Positions 57,301 through 64,000 of a DNA stretch of 64,000 nucleotides are shown here, in pieces. Both the position numbers and the translations under genes were made by a program. This DNA is from Rhizaria sp. SCN 62-66 (Eukaryota). The notes beneath the pieces are model-generated. The model was not told where the DNA came from. It saw only the letters and a program-made list of their open reading frames with translations, and did not search any database. Each line of letters begins with the position of its first letter. Position 1 is the first letter of the stretch. Location of the stretch: assembly GCA_001724265.1 (NCBI GenBank), contig MEDY01000143.1, positions 1 through 64,000 on the forward strand. Direction: 5' to 3'.

Positions 57301-60300
57301 TGGGGCCGAGGGAGAGGGCGGCGGCGGCGGCGGCGGGCGCGGGCGCGGCGAGCGCGACCCAGCCCGGGGGTAGGATCCCGCCATAGCTGCTGCTGCCGCT
57401 GATGTTGCTATTGCTAGCCGTTCTGGCACCGGCGCCAGTGCCGCGGGTGACCGCGGCCAGCGCGAGGAGCGCGATCGGCGACGGGCCCTGCTGCTGTTGC
57501 TGCTGTTGCTGCAACATCTGCTGCTGCTGCTGCTGGGGATGACCGTGGGCGGCACGGGTGCGCGCGGTACGCGCGATGTGCCGCGCCTGCTTGTGCGTCG
57601 CGGGCAGGACGCTTGCGTGCAGCCAGGTGAGGGCGGCAAAGGCGGGCAGCGCGACCGTGGTCACGGGGTTCAGCAGCGGGAGCTGGGAGCGGCTAAGGGG
57701 GTATTTAGAGTTGAACTTGGACTTGGCATGAGAACGAGACGTCGACGTCTTAGACTTGTTAGAGGACGTGGACTGTGACTTAATCGAGTACTTAATCTGA
57801 GGGAAGTTCGTGTACGCTGCGGGAATGTAAGGGGTAAGTCCCCACACAACATTACCACCAGACTTCGAGCTAGCGCCGTCAATGTAAGACCCATTCTTGC
57901 TGCTGCTCACAGTGTAGGGGGCCAGGAAGAGCGTCGTAGTGCCAGCGTCCCCGGGACTGTATGGGAGGGCAAAGCGGCTCAACCTCGAGTCGGGCCGCGA
58001 CGCGTGCGGCCGCAGAAGAGACACGTTGCCGCTGCTGTTATGCACTGCGACTAGGCTACTAGAGCTGTTCTTGGTCGAGTTGTTCTCGCGGTCACTTTTG
58101 CTGCCAGCGTTGCCCTCTTCTTCGTTGTCGTCGTCGCTGTCGCCGTCGCTCTCTAAGAGCGACATGTCACCCTTAGACGCAGCAGCCTTGCCTCCCTTCG
58201 CACTCGCGCTCGCGCTCGCGCTCGCAGCGGCTGCGGCGGTGTTGGCAGTGACTGTAGCGGGCGTCGGCGTGAGGATGTTGCTGACGGCGTAAAGCAGTTC
58301 GTCGCACTCGACCGCCGTCTGCGACAGGGGCACGATGAACTGCGGTGTGTACAGGTGGCTCGCACCGGAGTATGCACCGTTGTCGCTCACGCCACAGCCG
58401 CTGCCGTTGCCACAACCGCTGCTGCCATTGCTCGAGAGCGCGGGACCGAAACCAGTGATCGTGTTGCTGGCGGCGGGGTTGCCGGCGGTCACGGCCGCGA
58501 TAGCCGCTGCGACCGCCGCCGCCGCGGCCGCAGCCGCCATCCCGGCGATCGCATCGCCGTCGGCGTCCGCGGCGCCCGCCTCGCTACAATGGACGGCGCG
58601 GTATGCGCTCTGGCCAGGCGCGTGCGTGTTGGCGCTGGCGATGGCGGTCAGCGCGGCGCGGGCCGTGGGGCAGTCCTGCAGCGCGGCGAGGAGGTAGTGC
58701 GCCGGGCGCGGCTTGCGGGGCCGCGGGGGCAGCTCAAACACGAACGGCTCGAAGGGCTTCTCGCCAGAGTCGCCAGCAGTACCAGTGGCGTCACTGTTGC
58801 TGCTGATGCTGATGCTGGTGAGATTGCTCTTAGAGCTGTGGGCATCAGTGTTGCTGTTGTTGTTGTTGTTGATGTTGTTTGTGTTCGTCCGCTTGGGCGC
58901 GTGCGCGTGGCCGTGGCTGAAGCTGTCCGTGTCGCCAAACGTCGGTGACGCGCAACCGACGCGGCCGTTAGCCGCATCGCCGGCGTCGTCGCCGTCGCTT
59001 TCGCTGTCGCTGACGCTGACGACAACGCTGCCACTCACCCTCACGCTCCCAGTCGCATTCACACTAGCAGCAGGCGCAGCAGCAGCAGCAGCAGCAGCAG
59101 CGGCATTGGCACCGGCAGTCTTGGCGTCGTGAACGTTGCTTGCGCCGCCGGACACCATGCGGTTGTAGTGCTCCTTCTGCGCCGTCTTGCGGGCCTTGAG
59201 TGCCGCCGAGTACACCTCCCTCGCGGCCGCGTACTTGAGTCTCGCCGCCTCGAAGCTCGCCGCCGCGGCGAAAACCCGCCCGCGGAGCGCGCCGCGGCAG
59301 CTGGCGGCAACGGCGAGTGCTAGCGCGCGCGCGGCGTTCTCGCACGCCAGCGGCGAGAGCGACGGGTGCGGCTGCGCGGGCCGGCGGTCGAGGCCGGTGA
59401 CGATGGTGACCGAGGAGCCAGTGAGGGCGTGGGAAGGCACCGTGACGGCCGTGGCGGCAGCGGCCAGAGCGGCCGCGGATCCACTGCGGTCGTCGATGCC
59501 GCCGTCAGTGGTGGTTTTGCTGTTGTGGCTGAGAGTGGTGGCGGTGGCGAGGGGGTTGGTAGCGGTGAGGGTTTGAAGGTGGTCGGCAATGATGGCCATG
59601 TCGACATCGTCCTGAAAAGCACAAAAGAAAGAACAAAGTGGGATATGTGTGAGATACTGCATGTAAAATTGTGGCGAAGAATGAACAAGAAAGTGGAAGT
59701 GAAAACGTACCTCAGTACTCGCCCACTCCTGCGAGCTCCCCGCAGCAGTGTTGCTGCTGTTGTTGCCGTTGTTGTTTGTGAGAGCGAGAACCGCCTTGGG
59801 CAGCACGGGGACGGCGCTGGCTCCCGTCGCGGTGCACGCCTCGGCCACGTGCGCAACCTTGAGCAGCGACGACGCGTACAGACGCAGCGCCTGTGCGCGC
59901 CTCGCGGAGTCCAAGTCAAGCCGCGCCGCCGGGGCGGAGGACAAGTTAGGCCGCGCCGGGTTGTCCCCGCCGTCCTTGGTGTTGCTGAGAGAGAAAAGCG
60001 GCAGGGTTTGCGCATCGTTGTACGCCGTCTCGGCAACGACGGAGTGGGCCACGGATGTATTAGCAAGCGCCGTCACAGTAGCGCTATGCATTGTCTGCGC
60101 ACTGGCGCTCTTAGCCCCGCCGCTGCCGCCGTTACTGTTGCTGTTGCTGTTGTTGTTGTTGTTGTTGTTGTTGACGGTGAAGAACGGGGGCAAGGCGCCG
60201 GTGCCCGCGCCGGCGCCAGTGGCCGCAGTGGCGGCGGCAGCAGCGGCAGCCGCGGTGGCGGCCGCGGTGTCATCATCATCCTCGTCATTGCATGACTTGG

Positions 60301-63300
60301 GACAATTGGGCTGTGGTAAGAGGCCGAGGAGACTATGAGGCACGATGTAAGTACCCTGCACACTGACATCGCCAAAAGCAGCAGCAACAGTGTCAACACT
60401 GTCAGTGCCGGAGCCCTTAGACTGTGGCAGCGATGCAAGTGTCTTTGCGTACGCGGTCGACAACGCAGGATCACTGCAGTTCTCTGTCAAGTCGAGCGCG
60501 TAGGGGTCGACAAAGCCCTGCGCGAGCCGCAGCAGCGGCAGTACGTCAAGGGGCAGCGTCGGCAGAATAGACCGGCCCACGGTCACCTGCTGAGTCAGCA
60601 CGCCGTCGCTGCGGGCGGAGAGGGCGCCCACTGTATGCTGCTGCTGGAGAGTGCTCTGAAGCGCCTGCGAGCGCAGCGCGCGCGTGAGGAACGGGTTCAG
60701 CACGGTGGAGCCGGGCGCCGCGGCCGCGCGAGTGCTGCTGAGGGGGACGAAGCCGGGGGGCAACACGGTCACAGAATCAGAACTAGAACCAATAGAGTCA
60801 TCCGCAGCATTGCTGCTCTTGATGCTCTTGAGGTTGCCGTTGTTGTTGTTGTTGTTGTTGTTGCGAGGGGAAAGCTCGGAGTCACTCTTCCGCTCACACT
60901 GGTTAGCGGCAAATCTACTCGTGCTCGCAGCGGTGCCGAAAGCGGTGTTGGTAAGCTCAGACATGAACGAATCGATCTCAGCATCAACAGCAGAGTTACT
61001 GGGATCGTTAGAGTCCTCAGTCTCGCTTTCGCACTCGTCAAAGCCGTCGTCATAGTCAGCATCACTCGGCGCGCTGTAGTTTAAAGAGGCCGAGGGCGAG
61101 ACGAAAATACCAGGGATGTGGTCGGAAGGTAAGCCGCCACCGCCGCTGGAAGTTAGGCCGCCGTTGCCCGCAGTCAGCGCACTGCCGCTGCTACGCGCTA
61201 AGGCGCGTGCGACGACCGCAGTCGCAGCGCCCGCGCTCGCGCTCGCACTCGCGGTTGACGAAACGCGGGCGTTGCTGTTGGACTTGAGGAGCGCTAGCAG
61301 AGCGGCGGGCGTGGCCGGAAGAGGGACGCCGACCGACGATAGGGCCAGCCGCCAGTTGGCCAGCAGGGCCACGTCGCGCTGGCTGACGCCGCTCGGCTTA
61401 CCGGGACGGCGACTGCTGCTGGAGTGGCGCTTGGAGCGGCGACTGACGGGACGGGCGCGATTGGACTGGGGGTCGGTTTCACTGTCGCTAGCACTGTCAT
61501 TTTCACTGTTGTTAATGATATTGTTGTTGTCATTCTTGTTGTTGGAATCAGAGTCGGAGTCACTGCTGTTGAAGTCAGTCGTCTCACTATCACTCCCCCG
61601 ATCGTCATCGTCATCATCGTCATTGTCGCTTTCGTCGTTGTTATCTTGCTCACCGTCAGTTGAGTCACTCTCACTCTCACTCTCGCTCTCGCTGCCGCAC
61701 TGCTCCAGACTCCGGCCCTTGAGCTGGCTCTGGCGCTTCGCCCGAGACCGCGCCAGCGACTGCGCCTGCGCCAGTGACAACGACTGCGCCTGCGCGTCGC
61801 CGTGGCCCGTGGAGGTGCTGTCGCCGCGGACGCTCTCGAGCCGCAGCATGTAGTTGAGAAGCGGGTCGAACTCGACCGCGGCCACCGACGCATACAGCGT
61901 GTTGGTCACCGCCGTCTCGCTCTCGGCCGCCGACATCAGCGCGGCGGCGACGATGTCAGAGCCCACGAGGATGGGACTCACGCCGGCGGGACTCGCGCTC
62001 GCATTCGCATTCGCGTTGCTGTTGTTGTTGTTGTTGTTGCTGTTGTTGTCATTGTCGCTGGCGAGAGCGGAGATGGCTGCGGCAATGACGATGGCTGCTT
62101 CCTGAGGTGAGTCGATGCCCCTTACAGCGGTCGTGTAAGTGACACCCTTAGAGTGGCCGCCATTGTAAGTACCCCGCGGCTTCTGCTGAGTCAGTGCACT
62201 CGTCATCGCCGTCGACGACGGGGCAATGTAAGTGCTCTGCTTGGTACTTACAAGTGTCATGGCCCTGCGCATGGCTAAACGCACGCGCTTGCGGAGGCCC
62301 TTAGACTTTGCTTGGTGCTCTGAGAAGCACTTAGACCGCGCGGCCACGAGCGCCTCGTGCTGCTGTTCTAAGTACTCCTCCTCCTGCTCCGGGGTCATCT
62401 CCCTCTGCCTCTGCCTTTGCTGATCTTGCTCCTGCTCGAGGTCGCGCTCGCGCTGCTGCTGCTGCAGCTCCAGCGTCCGCTGCAGCCGCTCCTGCTGCTG
62501 CTCTTTGACGGCCGAGAGCACGGCATCCTCGGTGCCTGCGGCGAGCTCGGTCGCCTTGCCGTCTAAGTACCCGTCCAGCAGGGTAAGTACGCTCAGCGCG
62601 GCCAGCGTGCGCCGACCAGCGCCCGCCGCGGCCTCCGCCGCCGCCGCCGCAGCAGCAGCAGACGCGGCCATCGCAGCAACCACGGTCGCGTCAGTCTTGC
62701 TCTTGCTGTCACCGCCGGCAGCACCGACCGTGAGCAAGCGGCTTAACTTCCCGAGCCCCAGCGGAATGCCCTCGCTCTCGCCGCCCACCGCACCCGCGCT
62801 GGCGCTCGAGTCCGCGGGGTCGCTGGAAGGACTACTCCCACCGGCGGCGGCCGCGGAGGACTCCGAGAGGAGCCACTGGCGCAGCTGCTGCCGGTAGCGG
62901 CGGCAGCGGACGCGCTCGACACACCACGCCGGCAAGTCCCACACTACGACGCCGCGGCCGTCAGCCTGCGCCGAGGCCAACGTGGTCACGAGCGCCGATA
63001 GCGACTGGGCGTACTGCGCGGCGGGCAGGCGCAACAGGGCCAGGGGCTGCCGCAGCTGCTGCTGCTGGTGCTGTTGCTGCTGTTGTTGCAAGGGTGCCTG
63101 AGAGGCGGTGAAATCAGAGTCGGCTGCTGCAGCGTTGGGAGTGTTGGCGGCCGAGTCAGCGTTATCACTATTGTTGTTGTTGTTGTTGCTATTGTTGGGA
63201 GTTGTGGCGTACGAGTCGTCGAGCGACAAGTCAAGCCGGTGATCGAAGTCAGGCCGCGCTTCGAAATCAAGCCGCCGGTCCACCGCACCGTCAGCGACAC

Positions 63301-64000
63301 CGACACGAACACTCTCAGCAGTCTTGCCGTTCGCCGCAGCATTCTCATCCCTAGTACTATCGTTGTTACTGTTGTTCGCGGTGTTGTTGATCGCGTTGCC
63401 CCCCGTCGAGCCGGTCAGCGTCGCGAGCGCCTGCGCCAGACTGAGGCTGACGCCGCTGTCACTAACCCCGCCCGCGGCCAGGGTGGGCGTCGCGCCGCCC
63501 GCGCCCTGGACGTCGCGGCGGCGGCAGCTCACGCGCGGGGTCCCTGGTAGAGGCAGCGGCAGCGGGGGCAGCACCATCACCTGCGACTGCGAATGCGTTT
63601 GAGAACTGTCGGTGTTGGTCGCACTGTTGCTGTTATTATGGATGTTGTGAGACGTAAAAGCGGGAGGGTTCAGGGTGCCGCTGAAGGAGAACGAGTCAGC
63701 GTCAACGACCCCACCGGTGTAAGCACCCTGTGCGGAGGCACTTACATTTCTGGGCTGAGCGGCCGAGGCGTCGCCGATGAGGTCGCCGTCCCGGTCGCTC
63801 ACACTGCCATCGCCAATAGAGTTCGCGCTCAGGCTAGCGCCCGCGTTATTGCTGTTGTTGTTGTTGCTGTGGATGATAGAGCGGCGTTGCAGTAACACAG
63901 ACGAGCCAGAGCTGCTATCGCCGACACTGTAGAAGCTGCCACTTGCACTCGCGCAAACGTTGCCAGTCGCATTAGAGCTAGAGCTAGAGCTTGGGGTAGC
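54359..64000 (-). CDS. Very large (>3,100 aa) low-complexity protein, 5' end beyond the window; one 99-nt intron at 59612-59710
   Basis: The frame stays open from 64000 (ATPSSSSSSNATGNV...) to TAA at 54359. An AT-rich in-frame GTACGT...TTTTCAG segment is a probable intron. Only the C-terminal ~90 aa look globular; no family recognised. Confidence 0.8.
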   Translation of the reverse strand, partial: ATPSSSSSSNATGNVCASASGSFYSVGDSSSGSSVLLQRRSIIHSNNNNSNNAGASLSANSIGDGSVSDRDGDLIGDASAAQPRNVSASAQGAYTGGVVDADSFSFSGTLNPPAFTSHNIHNNSNSATNTDSSQTHSQSQVMVLPPLPLPLPGTPRVSCRRRDVQGAGGATPTLAAGGVSDSGVSLSLAQALATLTGSTGGNAINNTANNSNNDSTRDENAAANGKTAESVRVGVADGAVDRRLDFEARPDFDHRLDLSLDDSYATTPNNSNNNNNNSDNADSAANTPNAAAADSDFTASQAPLQQQQQQHQQQQLRQPLALLRLPAAQYAQSLSALVTTLASAQADGRGVVVWDLPAWCVERVRCRRYRQQLRQWLLSESSAAAAGGSSPSSDPADSSASAGAVGGESEGIPLGLGKLSRLLTVGAAGGDSKSKTDATVVAAMAASAAAAAAAAEAAAGAGRRTLAALSVLTLLDGYLDGKATELAAGTEDAVLSAVKEQQQERLQRTLELQQQQRERDLEQEQDQQRQRQREMTPEQEEEYLEQQHEALVAARSKCFSEHQAKSKGLRKRVRLAMRRAMTLVSTKQSTYIAPSSTAMTSALTQQKPRGTYNGGHSKGVTYTTAVRGIDSPQEAAIVIAAAISALASDNDNNSNNNNNNSNANANASASPAGVSPILVGSDIVAAALMSAAESETAVTNTLYASVAAVEFDPLLNYMLRLESVRGDSTSTGHGDAQAQSLSLAQAQSLARSRAKRQSQLKGRSLEQCGSESESESESDSTDGEQDNNDESDNDDDDDDDRGSDSETTDFNSSDSDSDSNNKNDNNNIINNSENDSASDSETDPQSNRARPVSRRSKRHSSSSRRPGKPSGVSQRDVALLANWRLALSSVGVPLPATPAALLALLKSNSNARVSSTASASASAGAATAVVARALARSSGSALTAGNGGLTSSGGGGLPSDHIPGIFVSPSASLNYSAPSDADYDDGFDECESETEDSNDPSNSAVDAEIDSFMSELTNTAFGTAASTSRFAANQCERKSDSELSPRNNNNNNNNGNLKSIKSSNAADDSIGSSSDSVTVLPPGFVPLSSTRAAAAPGSTVLNPFLTRALRSQALQSTLQQQHTVGALSARSDGVLTQQVTVGRSILPTLPLDVLPLLRLAQGFVDPYALDLTENCSDPALSTAYAKTLASLPQSKGSGTDSVDTVAAAFGDVSVQGTYIVPHSLLGLLPQPNCPKSCNDEDDDDTAAATAAAAAAAATAATGAGAGTGALPPFFTVNNNNNNNNSNSNSNGGSGGAKSASAQTMHSATVTALANTSVAHSVVAETAYNDAQTLPLFSLSNTKDGGDNPARPNLSSAPAARLDLDSARRAQALRLYASSLLKVAHVAEACTATGASAVPVLPKAVLALTNNNGNNSSNTAAGSSQEWASTEVRFHFHFLVHSSPQFYMQYLTHIPLCSFFCAFQDDVDMAIIADHLQTLTATNPLATATTLSHNSKTTTDGGIDDRSGSAAALAAAATAVTVPSHALTGSSVTIVTGLDRRPAQPHPSLSPLACENAARALALAVAASCRGALRGRVFAAAASFEAARLKYAAAREVYSAALKARKTAQKEHYNRMVSGGASNVHDAKTAGANAAAAAAAAAAPAASVNATGSVRVSGSVVVSVSDSESDGDDAGDAANGRVGCASPTFGDTDSFSHGHAHAPKRTNTNNINNNNNSNTDAHSSKSNLTSISISSNSDATGTAGDSGEKPFEPFVFELPPRPRKPRPAHYLLAALQDCPTARAALTAIASANTHAPGQSAYRAVHCSEAGAADADGDAIAGMAAAAAAAAVAAAIAAVTAGNPAASNTITGFGPALSSNGSSGCGNGSGCGVSDNGAYSGASHLYTPQFIVPLSQTAVECDELLYAVSNILTPTPATVTANTAAAAASASASASAKGGKAAASKGDMSLLESDGDSDDDNEEEGNAGSKSDRENNSTKNSSSSLVAVHNSSGNVSLLRPHASRPDSRLSRFALPYSPGDAGTTTLFLAPYTVSSSKNGSYIDGASSKSGGNVVWGLTPYIPAAYTNFPQIKYSIKSQSTSSNKSKTSTSRSHAKSKFNSKYPLSRSQLPLLNPVTTVALPAFAALTWLHASVLPATHKQARHIARTARTRAAHGHPQQQQQQMLQQQQQQQQGPSPIALLALAAVTRGTGAGARTASNSNISGSSSYGGILPPGWVALAAPAPAAAAAALSLGPSPSPNSSNGTDAGALAAAYARACARHAALKRAAAAGKARLRAAAAAATTAAGRARRRAARAHAHAQSLARTYKQLQAEQEQEQEQQQHGGDGGMQKQLELREFATLVAAATTAASAAFVAAAAATAAAASAAAAAAAPLPSLPQPPRPTAFYLSLTRRTLATAAAGLCNDGYASVFGPLALTSDPYQAMAAALLAKPGDSFSGLTAASGQQTAPGGLNSVSLAAGWRLVQEADALAAAYAAGGDDAAALRAITTITATPPHADASADVAAGANYAVAGGSGGVRGVMRGIDGGDPVGIDLDLARAYLSAGASPLQQSGGVSTSGAAAVNTNVSVGVGGACPPSAASLVLPLHLQQQYLHYASQPPSHALSLLQVLQTPSKSVHSSTAANSRSSQSSFTAADIAATGGSSSANSSNDFFGTALRLNCPPTPSTAARTLALLSSTASLATANNSNGNNGNNGNFPTPTASASGTAANSAIELSLPPMRLAPLFPRSRCPPVLLARAFIATPVRVAQRIGWTGALPVLRPHPLSAPVERAVVAALYAALAGPVPGSTATNSPVAHTHSGYGDGDGGEDASGGSGGIASLSMREELAQGMSDLFCGSPFVYYSLLSLHLAVPTADAAVVTAPTLVPSSSAAGNSSGNGNGSGSNSVVVTNNAASGAGAASSHGNTVVGAPGTVSVSSATTVACSAAPAATVSSLHYYQALHCAARGGLTSAPGGLTYGAAMAASLLWSALPMTRNIPTPSPFPTYNTSNSNGPNAKTNAHGVTVFGPGPHSGLFTPYDSSAVLSSVAEQLVVLAQTRLHGAATAAAATLGCPLGGGASASSGYRPRPGYEMRNSDRHLSKEVALLGAFGETVLWSPDADGANAGSTPGGDGGGDGASGSGGGNDQRPRLLRCPLVTAARLLSLGLGFEILDRPQPAAYSQLYASVLLRARRRSKIGDRTASAVAQGMDDSGAVLVACPPVLAQVIEYLKETGRW

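Overview
This is eukaryotic (protist-like) nuclear DNA: GC-rich coding regions, AT-rich intergenic DNA and GT-AG introns of 99-237 nt with a rigid GTACG donor. About 12 protein genes are supported: a Kv-beta/AKR6 aldo-keto reductase, a Cid1/TENT-type nucleotidyltransferase, a ~4,315-aa FAN1-like nuclease, a PH-PH-PTEN-C2 phosphatase, a 3,085-aa probable NPRL3, BCKDHA, DNAJC8/Spf31 and several unknown low-complexity proteins. Main finding: TAG behaves as a sense codon. Six in-frame TAGs sit inside three otherwise continuous genes (three of them in FAN1, whose conserved motifs span the breaks), and all 12 inferred gene ends are TAA or TGA. This suggests a variant nuclear code with UAG uncoupled from UAA, or UAG readthrough/editing. 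Second finding: a divergent fragment of the 5' end of 28S rRNA, bounded by an 8-bp inverted repeat, lies antisense in the 3' end of the nucleotidyltransferase gene and may be spliced out as an intron. Third finding: the FAN1 PD...ExK active site is split by a ~1,490-aa insertion. All family assignments are by eye from motifs; no searches were run.
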